Virus record (IMG/VR): IMGVR_UViG_2541047931_000014
Location: 1 to 12,415 of that record
Strand: one strand, 5' to 3'
DNA length: 12,415 nucleotides
From: a virus
Taxonomy: Duplodnaviria > Heunggongvirae > Uroviricota > Caudoviricetes
Shown: positions 1 to 9,195 of the stretch, piece by piece
Position numbering within the stretch: the stretch's first letter is position 1
Layout: each line of letters begins with the position of its first letter
Program-made: the position numbers and the translations under genes
The notes under the pieces: model-generated
What the model saw: the letters and a program-made list of their open reading frames with translations, nothing else
Database searches by the model: none
What the model was told of the DNA's origin: nothing

Positions 1-177
1 GCGGAGGTAATACACCGTAAGAGCTGGAAAAACCGTGCAGAAGTGGAACTGGCCACACTCACGTGGGTGGACTGGTATAACAATCGACGATTGCTGGAAA
101 GGCTGGGCCATACTCCTCCGGCAGAAGCAGAAAAAGCTTATTATGCTTCCATCGGAAACGATGATCTGGCAGCCTGA
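1..177 (+). CDS. IS3-family transposase (OrfB-like), C-terminal fragment; 5' part lies outside the window
   Basis: Frame 1 reads ...LTWVDWYNNRRLLERLGHTPPAEAEKAYYASIGNDDLAA* with stop TGA at 175-177. The W-Y-N-x-R-R-L-x-x-x-L-G-x-x-P-P-x-E pattern is the conserved C-terminal tail of IS3-family DDE transposases (recalled family knowledge). The track ORF 35..370 is a different frame. Confidence 0.6.
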   Translation, partial: AEVIHRKSWKNRAEVELATLTWVDWYNNRRLLERLGHTPPAEAEKAYYASIGNDDLAA

Positions 178-280
178 GTTCACAGATAAAACACTCTCCA
201 GGAAACCCGGGGCGGTTCAATCCGTACGGGGACGGGATACCGTTTTAATTCACAACAGCGAACAGAGTAATTACAGGGGA
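1..280 (+). mobile_element. Right end of an IS3-family insertion sequence (partial); exact terminal inverted repeat not identified
   Basis: The transposase ORF ends at 177 and the next gene's RBS and start are at about 275-287, so the IS terminus must lie in about 180-280. I cannot place the inverted repeat without its left-end partner. Confidence 0.4.
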
Positions 281-284
281 AGGC

Positions 285-782
285 ATGACAAAGCTGACCA
301 TAAACAGAAAACCGAAGGGCATTTACGGCACGCCGCAGAAAACAGCACAGGCGGCGCAGCAGCAGAATAAAACCACATCGGCGCATAAAGTGATGCCAGA
401 TAACCAGAACACACAGCAGAAGCTCACAGGAGCAACACCGCGGCGGCGTATGACCAAACAGCAGCGTAAAAACCGCAGACGCGTTAACCGTCTTATTGAG
501 CTATGGCCTGAATTATTCAGCCAGGAATCACCTAAGCCGCTTAAGGTGGGGATATTTGACGACCTGATACAGGATATTGCCGCGAGAGGTATTTCACTCG
601 GACAGGGAACACTACGCGCAACGCTGGCGCGTTATGTGCAGACTCCGCGCTATTACCGCGCCCTGGTAGCTGGTGGCGCGCGTTACGACCTGAAAGGCCA
701 GCCGTGCGGCGAGGTAACACCACTACAACAGACGCACGCAGGAAAACTACTGGAGGAGATGAATGGAAATAGTAAGAAATGA
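285..782 (+). CDS. ProQ/FinO-family RNA-binding protein (FinO-like RNA chaperone) with a basic, Gln-rich N-terminal extension
   Basis: ATG at 285 preceded by AGGGGAAGG. The C-terminal half reads [14 protein letters not shown]...[37 protein letters not shown], matching the ProQ/FinO domain signature as I recall it from E. coli ProQ (PLKIGIF.DL ... Y ... G..R.DL.G.PCGE). The N-terminal ~75 aa are K/R/Q-rich and low complexity. Confidence 0.75.
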   Translation: MTKLTINRKPKGIYGTPQKTAQAAQQQNKTTSAHKVMPDNQNTQQKLTGATPRRRMTKQQRKNRRRVNRLIELWPELFSQESPKPLKVGIFDDLIQDIAARGISLGQGTLRATLARYVQTPRYYRALVAGGARYDLKGQPCGEVTPLQQTHAGKLLEEMNGNSKK

Positions 783-1179
783 TCACGCACATGGTCGCCG
801 TGCAGGTGATCACATTGTGGATGAAATTGCGGAAAAACAAAGAGTTGACATTGTTGTCAGTGTCACAGTCGAGAGCGCGAAGCGCCAAAATAAGCGTATA
901 AATGATCATTCAGATGTACATGGTGTGATCACTCGTTTACGCCAGACTTTTGTAACTCGTGAAGAGATGATTGAAGCTATTGACCAGCATACAGCATGTA
1001 TCAGCGTCAGGGATATACCGGAGATCATTGCTAACTACTTCATGATCACCAGACGCCTTTACCGGAGAAAAGACAAGAGCACGGTTAACCGTCTCCTGAT
1101 GTCTGATATTCGCGAATACCTGCAAGAAAGGGGCTATGTGAATCCACCAGAACAGCACTACGGAAGAGTCGGAGGCTAA
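763..1179 (+). CDS. Hypothetical protein, 138 aa, translationally coupled to the upstream FinO-like gene
   Basis: ATG at 763 preceded by GGAGGAG (752-758); overlaps the 3' end of the FinO-like gene by 20 nt. No recognisable motif. Confidence 0.5.
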   Translation: MEIVRNDHAHGRRAGDHIVDEIAEKQRVDIVVSVTVESAKRQNKRINDHSDVHGVITRLRQTFVTREEMIEAIDQHTACISVRDIPEIIANYFMITRRLYRRKDKSTVNRLLMSDIREYLQERGYVNPPEQHYGRVGG

Positions 1180-1419
1180 CTAAAACCCTGTACCGAAGAG
1201 CGGCGGCGCGATGGGGTGAAGTAATGCAGTTGGGGAACTGACAAGGAACGGTATTACATATCAATGCGACGACTGGAATGTTCCAGGAAGGCACAGAGGC
1301 CACCGAAGCAACCGGATAATTTAGAAGACCTGAAACGGTCGCTTAAACGCACTGAAAAAGAAATGGGGATAGATGGGATCGGGAAATCAGTATGGCGTAA
1401 CTACCAGAAGTAAGCACAG

Positions 1420-1445
1420 AGCCGGAGCAATCCGGCTTTTTTTTG
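1420..1445 (+). terminator. Rho-independent terminator
   Basis: AGCCGGA-GCAA-TCCGGCT hairpin (1420-1437) followed by an 8-T run (1438-1445). Confidence 0.65.
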
Positions 1446-1544
1446 GCTGAAATCAATCAATCTGTTTTTGTGATAGAAATATGTTTATCTACCACTTTTT
1501 CAGATCAATAATGTGCATAGTTTAGTCAGTAAGAGGAAATTGCT

Positions 1545-1751
1545 GTGAATTGTATTAACGACCTGAACACAGGCGATGTCAGAGGTGGTTCCGTTCATCT
1601 GGATGCACAGACCGTGATGCGCCTTAAGCAGTACAGAATCGACCATGTGAACAATCACCCTGATCAGCCATTACCAGGCGTGGCGCAGATTGTCAGACAT
1701 GCCGTAAACGCCTGGCTTAATCAGAATGGTTTTGCATCGGGGGGTGAGTAA
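1545..1751 (+). CDS. Small hypothetical protein (68 aa); possible small DNA-binding regulator (speculative)
   Basis: GTG start at 1545 with AAGAGGAAA about 8 nt upstream, lying 100 nt after the terminator in an AT-rich promoter-like stretch. The segment GSVHLDAQTVMRLKQYRID ... VAQIVRHAVNAWL loosely resembles a strand-helix-helix layout, but this is not a confident call. Confidence 0.4.
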   Translation: MNCINDLNTGDVRGGSVHLDAQTVMRLKQYRIDHVNNHPDQPLPGVAQIVRHAVNAWLNQNGFASGGE

Positions 1752-1847
1752 TGAATCGCTGGTACAGCATCAAAGCAGAGGGACGCCAATGTTATCTAAC
1801 TCAGGTTTTATGAATTCTGACTCCCGATTCAAAATAGGAGGTTACTA

Positions 1848-4379
1848 ATGCCAGTCGTACCAACAGTATCCGGACGTCAGGTTGAGAGCCGTGGAGTTCA
1901 GTCAGCAGGCTTACAGACGTTTTCTCAGCCAGGTATTAGTGATGCTTTTGTTCGTGCAGGAGCAGAAGCAATTGATATTCTGGGTCAGGCAAAACAGCGT
2001 GCCAATATTGCCTTGGTTCAGGAGGCATCCCTTAAACTCAGTCAGACAGGCAGTGATCTGCTGAATAATCCTGAAACAGGATTGCTTAACCTGAAAGGGA
2101 AAAATGCTATTGGAAAAGGCCATGAGTATACACAGCAGTTTGATGCTCAGATCGAACAACTGGCTATGTCGCTGCCGGATGAACAGGCTCGTAATGCTTT
2201 CATGCAGCAGGCGCAGCAGCAGCGTATTCAGTTCGCTACGCAGGCCGGGAGGTACGAGATAGGGCAAATAAATGCCTACGAAGAAGGCCAGTTTCAGGCT
2301 ACGCTGCTGAACAATGGTAAAAATGCCGCAGCATTGTATGGCGACAACGCAGCATACATATTGGCTAATACGCAAACTTTCCAGCAAATTGAGGAGTACG
2401 GCATTGCGCATGGCTGGAGCGACGAGCAGATTCGGGCCAGGAAAATCGAGTTTAAAGAAGCAACAGCAAAAGCAACTGCTCAAAATGCTATTGGAGCAAA
2501 CTATCTTCAGGTAAGACAGCAAAACGGCGAGTTAAGCGATACTGCTGCTGGAGCTCGCCGTGCTGTAGCAGATAGTGGATCTTCCGATCGTATCCGCGGT
2601 ATACGCAACAATAACCCCGGCAATCTTGAATACAGCAAAACTAATCCGTGGGTTGGGCAGACTGGTGATGATGGTCGCTTTGCCAAATTCGAAACCCCTG
2701 AACACGGTATTCGTGCATTAGGGCGGAACCTGATGTCGTATCAGCGGCAGGGTATTGATACCGTCAGTGAGATAATTAATCGCTGGGCACCGCCCACTGA
2801 TAAAAATGACACAATGTCGTATATCAAAGCAGTGTGCGAACAACTTGGCGTTTCTGCTGATGAGCCTCTCGATGCATCTAATCCGGATACCCTGAAGGCG
2901 CTTTGTGCAGCCATTATCCATCATGAAAACGGTAGCCAGCCATACAGTGATCAGCAGTTAACTGCTGGTGTTAGTGCCGCGCTGGGGCTTTCTCAGCTAC
3001 CGACAAAAAATAAACGTTATACCGGTGTAGCCTGGTTCGATGCTTTAAGTGAATCAGATCAGGCCAGCGTGTTGCGACAGACTGATGCACTAGCCAGACA
3101 ACAGCAGGCTGAATATAAAACGATGCTCGACAGCCGGGTTCGCGATGCGACGGCTGCGTATATGCGTGGCGTTGAATTTCCTAACCCACCTGGTGAGGAT
3201 GATTTTATTGCAGCTTATGGAGTCAGAGAAGGAAACCTGCGATATACCGAGTTTAAGAATACGCAGATCGCCGGACAGTATATAGGCTCTTTCCGCAACA
3301 TGCCGACAAGCAGCATTACAGCATATGTTGAGCAATTACGCCCGGATACTGGTGATACAGGGGAGGGGTATGCGTCTCGTGCGGAGTTATTCGACCGGGT
3401 ATCGGCGGCAGCCACGAAGGTAATAACCCAGAGGCAGAATAATCCGTTTAGTGCAGCGGTGGAAATCGGATCCTATAAGCCGATCACCAGCAACAACCCT
3501 GACGACATCACTGCTGAGGTGGCTAACCGTTTCTCGTCGCAGGAAAGCTTACGCGCGTTGGGAATTAATGCCCCAATCCTCAATAGTGAAGAGGCGGCTG
3601 CGCTGGCACAGCAGGTGCGCGGCACTCAGAACGTTGACCAGACAATTAAACTATTGCAGAGCATGGGGGAAAAGCTACCTGCGCCAGCAATACGGCAGGT
3701 GGCATCTGTAATTGCTCCGAACAGTGCAGCAACAGCCTATTCTGCGCTGCTGCTGGGCACGCCGGATAATCAGTACGATAACACCAGGCCGTCGATCCCA
3801 TATAGTCAGTTCATCGGGTATAAGCCGACGATGAACAAGTACGACGTTGCAAAGGTTATTCTTTCCGGTGACCAACTACTGAATCCGACGAAGGCTATGA
3901 AGAATGCGGGCATAACTCCGGTACAGTTGCCGAGCGAAGATAAAATGAAGCGCGCTTTCGACGAACAGGTTGGTAATGCATTTGCCCGTAACCCAGAGAC
4001 GCGCCAGATCAGTTATAGCCTTTTCAAAGCCGCTTACGCAGGAATCGCTTATCAGTCTGGTAATACGTCTATGACGAGCACAGATGCGGTTAACTCCGAT
4101 GTGGCGGAGAAAGCTGCGCAGTACGCAACAGGCGGTGTATACAAGAGATTTAATGGTGGTGATGTTGTAATGCCTTTCGGCATGGATGAATCCACTTTCA
4201 AAGATCGCTATACCACATCAGCGAAACAAGCACTGAAAGATGCCGGACTTAACGTAAATGCAGTGTCAAACTTCACACCAGTTAATATCGGCAATAACCG
4301 GTATCGGCTGGTAAATGGTAGCGGACGCTGGGCAACAGATCCCAGAACCAATGAAGCTATTGTCGTGAGGGTTGAATAA
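1848..4379 (+). CDS. Large hypothetical protein (843 aa); phage ejection/internal-virion-like, with a conserved-looking NNPGN region that may be a cell-wall-hydrolase-like domain
   Basis: ATG at 1848 with AGGAGG at 1836-1841; 2.5-kb uninterrupted frame; Ala/Gln/Gly-rich. RIRGIRNNNPGNLEY...GRFAKFETPEHGIRALGRNL...INRWAPP lies at about nt 2590-2950. No Walker A or helicase motifs. Confidence 0.85.
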   Translation: MPVVPTVSGRQVESRGVQSAGLQTFSQPGISDAFVRAGAEAIDILGQAKQRANIALVQEASLKLSQTGSDLLNNPETGLLNLKGKNAIGKGHEYTQQFDAQIEQLAMSLPDEQARNAFMQQAQQQRIQFATQAGRYEIGQINAYEEGQFQATLLNNGKNAAALYGDNAAYILANTQTFQQIEEYGIAHGWSDEQIRARKIEFKEATAKATAQNAIGANYLQVRQQNGELSDTAAGARRAVADSGSSDRIRGIRNNNPGNLEYSKTNPWVGQTGDDGRFAKFETPEHGIRALGRNLMSYQRQGIDTVSEIINRWAPPTDKNDTMSYIKAVCEQLGVSADEPLDASNPDTLKALCAAIIHHENGSQPYSDQQLTAGVSAALGLSQLPTKNKRYTGVAWFDALSESDQASVLRQTDALARQQQAEYKTMLDSRVRDATAAYMRGVEFPNPPGEDDFIAAYGVREGNLRYTEFKNTQIAGQYIGSFRNMPTSSITAYVEQLRPDTGDTGEGYASRAELFDRVSAAATKVITQRQNNPFSAAVEIGSYKPITSNNPDDITAEVANRFSSQESLRALGINAPILNSEEAAALAQQVRGTQNVDQTIKLLQSMGEKLPAPAIRQVASVIAPNSAATAYSALLLGTPDNQYDNTRPSIPYSQFIGYKPTMNKYDVAKVILSGDQLLNPTKAMKNAGITPVQLPSEDKMKRAFDEQVGNAFARNPETRQISYSLFKAAYAGIAYQSGNTSMTSTDAVNSDVAEKAAQYATGGVYKRFNGGDVVMPFGMDESTFKDRYTTSAKQALKDAGLNVNAVSNFTPVNIGNNRYRLVNGSGRWATDPRTNEAIVVRVE

Positions 4380-6439
4380 TGTCTGATGTTTTTTCTTTGG
4401 CTCCAGAAGGTCAGGCATGGATTGACGACAAAACAGTTGCCAACCCAGCAAGGCCAGAAGACTACGATCCGACTCCCTTCCAGGGTTCAGGTACTGCACT
4501 TTTTAGCGGCGTGGCGGAGGGGGCTCTCGGTCTCGCGCAGTCTGCCGTCGGATTCAGCAAGCGCCTGATTAGCGATCCGGCATTTACCGCAGACGTGGCA
4601 CCGACTGTTAACATTTTTCGGGAGATGTTCCCTGATGCTGACAAAACACTGAATGATACATACGACACGATCGGAAAACAGTTACAGGATGCCCGCAGCT
4701 ATGTGAAGCCTGATGCAGGCAGCCAGGGAATGGCGGCAGAGGTATTAAATGAGCTTGGTAAATTTGTTCCTGCAATCGGAACAACTATGTTTGGCGGTCC
4801 CCTCATCGGCGCTGCTACAACCTTCAGTTCTACGTATGAGCAATCCTATCAGGATTTTAAAGGGAAGGGAGTAGACGAGGCTACGGCGCGTAACCTGGCA
4901 ACGCAGCAGAGCCTTTTCAATGCTGTGGGTATGGCCTTACCCGCTGCCGTCGGCACCACACTGGCAACGCGCATTGCCTCAGGTGTGGCAATCAACACCG
5001 GATTCGGTGGACTGAACCGTTACTCAGTAGGCGCAACACTGGAGGAAAAAGGCTACACGGAGATGGCAAAACAGTACCGGGTATTTGACGGTCAGGCGAT
5101 GTTAGTCGATGCCGTTTTAGGCGGGGTCTTTGGTGGCGTTCATCACCTGACTACCCATAATAACCATGATGGTACAGAGTCGAACATTTCTGCAGAAGAA
5201 ATAAAATCAACTTTTGGTGAACATTATCAGCAATCTCCTGATGGTAACATTGAGTCAATGGTTCGTGATTTATCTGATTCAGGAGTAATAGAACTTATTA
5301 ATGAACCAGCAATAAAAAATAGTGATGGAGAAATACTTCTGAATAAAGGTCATGTGACAGTAGCTTCTGGAAAAGAACCAATAATAAGAATAAATATTAA
5401 TGGATTAAAAGACCATGAAGAACTGTTAGAAACCCTTCATCACGAGGCGCTTCATCTTGAGCAGCGCCATTACCCTGACTGGAAGGCCAGAAAGCTAGCT
5501 AATGCTGTACTTAAATCTGCAAACAAGCATTCTGACTATCCTGAATTTGCATATGGGATGTCACAATATTATGAATATAAGAAAAGGGGTGAGTACCCTG
5601 AAACATATCCTGAGTGGTTGTACGCTGAAGAAGTTGCCGCACATGCAGTAAATCCATCTCTAAAGACAAGCGTTTCATCATGGGAAAAAATTATTTCAGG
5701 TTTTAAAGCCTATATATTCAGATACAGTGGTATTCAGGTTGGAACCGTTACACCTGAGCAGTTACGGTTACTCGTAAGTATGCGTCTTCGCAATATGAAA
5801 CTGGAAGCCGCAGTAGAAAAAGTTTTTGGTATCCGGGCGAGGGAAAGAATAAAACCAAGCGATATTGATGCAGCCCACATTTTGAATGAGGGGCTTCATT
5901 ACGATATTGAATCGTCACCAGTGCTTCACACCAGCAATGAGAGCATCAACAGCCATGTTGACGCCATGGATGAAGCATACAGGCAACTTAATGATGGTCA
6001 GCCTGTAAATGTTGGGGGGATGGCGCGAGGGCTTGATGGTCCATTGCGATCAGATATATCTGATACTTACCAAGAGCAATACCATGAAATACAAAAGGTT
6101 TTTGAAGAAAATGGTGTCAGATATGAAACATCATCAGAGCCAATTAGTGAATCGCCTGTCCCTCGTGCTGAAAGTGCTTTCTCATCGGCTGGTGAACACA
6201 GAGGGGACGTCAGCGTTGATCCAGATACAGGGCAGGTTCTCTCATCCAACAGCTATGACCTTATGGCTGCCAGGGACATGGCTGTTGCCAATCCTGAGCT
6301 GACTATAGCTCACCCGGAAACCGGAAACCCGACAAAACTTTCTGATCTCCTGGCTGAGTTGGATGAACAGATTAAGACAGTCCAGAACGAATCGAAGGTT
6401 TATTCTGTAGCGGCAGCGTGCTTCTTGAGGAACCCATAA
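4379..6439 (+). CDS. Large hypothetical protein (686 aa); Gly-rich hydrophobic N-terminal half and a low-GC C-terminal segment containing an HEXXH (HEALH) motif
   Basis: ATG at 4379 overlaps the upstream stop (TAATG, 4377-4381). Gly/Ala-rich hydrophobic stretches (GTTMFGGPLIGAATTF, MALPAAVGTTLATRIASGVAINTGFGG, VDAVLGGVFGGV). HEALH is encoded at 5441-5455 within a segment of about 35% GC (about 5160-5760) versus roughly 45-57% in the flanking coding sequence. Confidence 0.85.
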   Translation: MSDVFSLAPEGQAWIDDKTVANPARPEDYDPTPFQGSGTALFSGVAEGALGLAQSAVGFSKRLISDPAFTADVAPTVNIFREMFPDADKTLNDTYDTIGKQLQDARSYVKPDAGSQGMAAEVLNELGKFVPAIGTTMFGGPLIGAATTFSSTYEQSYQDFKGKGVDEATARNLATQQSLFNAVGMALPAAVGTTLATRIASGVAINTGFGGLNRYSVGATLEEKGYTEMAKQYRVFDGQAMLVDAVLGGVFGGVHHLTTHNNHDGTESNISAEEIKSTFGEHYQQSPDGNIESMVRDLSDSGVIELINEPAIKNSDGEILLNKGHVTVASGKEPIIRININGLKDHEELLETLHHEALHLEQRHYPDWKARKLANAVLKSANKHSDYPEFAYGMSQYYEYKKRGEYPETYPEWLYAEEVAAHAVNPSLKTSVSSWEKIISGFKAYIFRYSGIQVGTVTPEQLRLLVSMRLRNMKLEAAVEKVFGIRARERIKPSDIDAAHILNEGLHYDIESSPVLHTSNESINSHVDAMDEAYRQLNDGQPVNVGGMARGLDGPLRSDISDTYQEQYHEIQKVFEENGVRYETSSEPISESPVPRAESAFSSAGEHRGDVSVDPDTGQVLSSNSYDLMAARDMAVANPELTIAHPETGNPTKLSDLLAELDEQIKTVQNESKVYSVAAACFLRNP

Positions 6440-9195
6440 TGAAACAGGCATGTGTTGAAGCTATTGCGCAGACACTTGGTCGCCAGCCAAAGGCTGATGA
6501 GCTGAAAAATATTGAAGATCGTATCAAAGAAGCTGTGCAGCATGTGCACAGAAAGAATGCAAAAGAAGGCAAAAGTGGTATTCCTGATGCTCAAACATAC
6601 ATGGATGCAGCAGAACTGGTACGCCAGCGTGTGGTTCATGATGTGTACAAGAAAAGACAGCGTGTTGCCCAGAATGCGATCGCCATCAGTAAAATTACTG
6701 ACACTCTCGATGCTAACATCCCGCCTGATCAGCAGACACCTGTTAATTTGCAGCAGTTTATTTTTGCTGGCCGACGATCGAGAGACAAAGCTGATATCTC
6801 CGTTACTTCTGCTGAAGAGCTTGCAATTGGGGCATATCAGGACTGGTCCCGTCAGCTCAGTGCTGAACTTCTAAAAGCAGGTGATGACGTCCGCAAATTC
6901 TTCGAGCAGAGCAGGGCGCTTGGAGAGCAGCGGTTTCGGAGTGTATTCGACAGGCAGGCGGCAAAGTCTGCACAACTCCAGATCCTGAAAGAAATTTATG
7001 GCGAAGATACCGGGAATCCCCTGGCGAAGAAAATTGCACAGATTTGGAAGGATGTAACAGGGCGTGTTCGTCATGAGATGAACGACAACGGCTTTGACAT
7101 AGGCCTGCGAGAAGACTGGCATACGCCATATGTGGATGATGCTGACCTTATTCGCAATGCCGGGCGCGAAGAATGGCTGGCATCGTTACCAGTGGCAGAG
7201 CAAGCTACAGTACGTCTTTCAGGTCGCCAGCCACCTATTGAGTTTGCCCGCCAGAAATGGGTTGATGACGCTTACAACACGCAGGATCGCAGCAATTACG
7301 TTAATCCTGACGGCAGCATTATGAATGACGTCGAGTACCGTCAGGCACTGGAAGCGATCTTTGAAACGAAGGCCACTGATGGGGCAAACAAAATTGAGCC
7401 CGGTACATTTATGGGAGACGGAGGAATAAAGAGCCGTGGTTCTCAGCACAGGGTGATGGCGTTCAAGGATGCGCAGTCACACTTCGCCTATATGGAGCGA
7501 TACACTCAGCAGCCGCTGGTGGGGGTGATGATGTCGCACCTGCAATCATCATCCAGGGATTTGGGCGTCGTTAAAGCCTTTGGTCCGGACGCCGAAAGAA
7601 ACTTTTCCCTGGTACTGGATCGCATCTATAAGCGCGCAGTAACAGGCGGGAAACGCAAAAAAGAAATGGAGGATGAGGCCAAATTAGTTGCCCGTATGTT
7701 CAACTCAATGGCTGGCCTAAATGGTGTCGCTTCATCGAGTGTGTTCTCTTCAGCAGTTGGTGGTCTGCGTAACCTGATGACCAGCGCCATGCTTGGCACC
7801 AGCGTACTGACAGCAACCAGCGACCAGGCAATTATGCGGGCAAATGCGCAGGCGCTGGGCTTTACCCGTGGTGGAATGCGGCTTTCCGTTAACACTATCA
7901 AAAACCTGTTTAGTGGAGATGCCAAAAAGGCGAATGCTGAACTCGGTCTGCTGGTGGATTCACATGCTGCTGTGGTTTCGAAAATGGGCGGGTTTGACTT
8001 GTCTCGCGGCATAACTGGCTGGTTCGCAGAGAAGACACTGAAGTGGTCCGGGCTGATCGCTATGGACCGCGCAAACAAAGCGTCGTTTGGTCTCCTGATG
8101 TACAAAAACATTGGCGAGCTGACCAGAAAATTTAAGACGCTGGACGATATAAAAGGAACCGATAAAACCATTCTGGCTAACAAGGGATGGAGCAATGAGG
8201 ACTGGGCCATCATGGCAGCGGCAGAACTCAGGCCGATGACTACTGCCGGGCATATGGGGATGACGCCAGACGCGATTTACGCTGTGCCCGATAACGTAAT
8301 CGCCGACATTATGGCAGACCGTATTGCCCGGATTCGTGCCGGGAGTGAAAAGGCACTGGCAGCCCTTGGAGATCTCCCTCCAGAACGCCTGAAACGGATG
8401 AAAGAAGCATTCGACGCAGAGGCTGAGCAGACCATCACGCGCATGATTCGTAATGCACGCGCTGAAGCAGCCCAGAAATTGCTGGGAATTACGCACGGTG
8501 AGATGACCAATGCTGTGACCACCGCTACGGGTATTGATACATATGCCCATGACGATGCTGGCGAGTTAATGAAGAGCTTCATGCTCTTCAAAACAACCCC
8601 ATTTGCTGGATTTCGGCAACTTGTTAACAGAACACGGGATTTGGACACCGTTCCGGCCATTAAATTTCTGGCCTCATATATCGGGGGAACAACTCTTGCT
8701 GGTATGTTTGCGATCCAGATGAACAGTTTGTTAAATGGTAATGATCCGCTGGATATGACAAAACCAACCACATGGGTTCAGGCTTTACTGAAAGGTGGTT
8801 CGTTCGGTATCTACGGTGATTTTATTTTCCAGGACCATACGCAATATGGCTCCAGCATCGGTGCCACTATGGGTGGCCCTGTGTTGAGCTTTGCAGAGCA
8901 GTTAACAAAATTACTGATTACTAACCCACAGAAGGCTCTACAGGGTGAAGAAACATCATTCGGTGCCGATGCACTGAAAACAGCCCGCATGATCACCCCA
9001 TTCGCAAACCTGTGGTATGCGAAAGCGATAACCAATCACCTGATATTGCAACAACTTCAGGAGATGGCAAACCCTGGTTACAATGATCGAGTAAGGGACC
9101 GCGCGCAACGGGAGTTCGACATAACGAGTTGGTGGGAACCGGGTGCTATTGCGCCACGTAGAGCACCGGATTTTGGAAAGGCGGTAGGGGAATGA
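6439..9195 (+). CDS. Large hypothetical protein (918 aa from the ATG at 6439; the track's 6418 start is an upstream in-frame GTG); ejection/internal-virion-like
   Basis: ATG at 6439 overlaps the upstream stop in the same TAATG arrangement (6437-6441), with GAGGAA 7 nt upstream. 2.75-kb frame. No nucleotide-binding motifs seen. Confidence 0.85.
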   Translation: MKQACVEAIAQTLGRQPKADELKNIEDRIKEAVQHVHRKNAKEGKSGIPDAQTYMDAAELVRQRVVHDVYKKRQRVAQNAIAISKITDTLDANIPPDQQTPVNLQQFIFAGRRSRDKADISVTSAEELAIGAYQDWSRQLSAELLKAGDDVRKFFEQSRALGEQRFRSVFDRQAAKSAQLQILKEIYGEDTGNPLAKKIAQIWKDVTGRVRHEMNDNGFDIGLREDWHTPYVDDADLIRNAGREEWLASLPVAEQATVRLSGRQPPIEFARQKWVDDAYNTQDRSNYVNPDGSIMNDVEYRQALEAIFETKATDGANKIEPGTFMGDGGIKSRGSQHRVMAFKDAQSHFAYMERYTQQPLVGVMMSHLQSSSRDLGVVKAFGPDAERNFSLVLDRIYKRAVTGGKRKKEMEDEAKLVARMFNSMAGLNGVASSSVFSSAVGGLRNLMTSAMLGTSVLTATSDQAIMRANAQALGFTRGGMRLSVNTIKNLFSGDAKKANAELGLLVDSHAAVVSKMGGFDLSRGITGWFAEKTLKWSGLIAMDRANKASFGLLMYKNIGELTRKFKTLDDIKGTDKTILANKGWSNEDWAIMAAAELRPMTTAGHMGMTPDAIYAVPDNVIADIMADRIARIRAGSEKALAALGDLPPERLKRMKEAFDAEAEQTITRMIRNARAEAAQKLLGITHGEMTNAVTTATGIDTYAHDDAGELMKSFMLFKTTPFAGFRQLVNRTRDLDTVPAIKFLASYIGGTTLAGMFAIQMNSLLNGNDPLDMTKPTTWVQALLKGGSFGIYGDFIFQDHTQYGSSIGATMGGPVLSFAEQLTKLLITNPQKALQGEETSFGADALKTARMITPFANLWYAKAITNHLILQQLQEMANPGYNDRVRDRAQREFDITSWWEPGAIAPRRAPDFGKAVGE

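Noticed and set aside
35-370. Track ORF of 111 aa on the plus strand
   Set aside because: It is an alternative frame across the IS transposase tail and the IS end. The frame-1 reading carries the conserved IS3-family C-terminal motif and stops at 177.
1751-1813. A 20-codon ORF (MNRWYSIKAEGRQCYLTQVL) overlapping the stop of the 68-aa ORF
   Set aside because: Too short, with no RBS; it is more likely intergenic leader sequence for the large operon.
1911-2522. Track ORF of 203 aa on the minus strand
   Set aside because: Antisense shadow ORF lying entirely inside the 843-aa gene; Cys/Leu-rich and low complexity, with no start context.
7626-8771. Three overlapping minus-strand track ORFs (195, 196 and 164 aa)
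   Set aside because: All are antisense to the 918-aa gene and have the amino-acid bias typical of antisense frames in GC-balanced coding DNA. They overlap one another in different frames.
1848-9195. Possible NTPase- or nuclease-based defence system (RADAR, Druantia or Zorya type)
   Set aside because: I found no Walker A (GxxxxGK[ST]), DEAD/DExH or obvious nuclease motif in any of the three proteins; their composition is structural or ejection-like instead.
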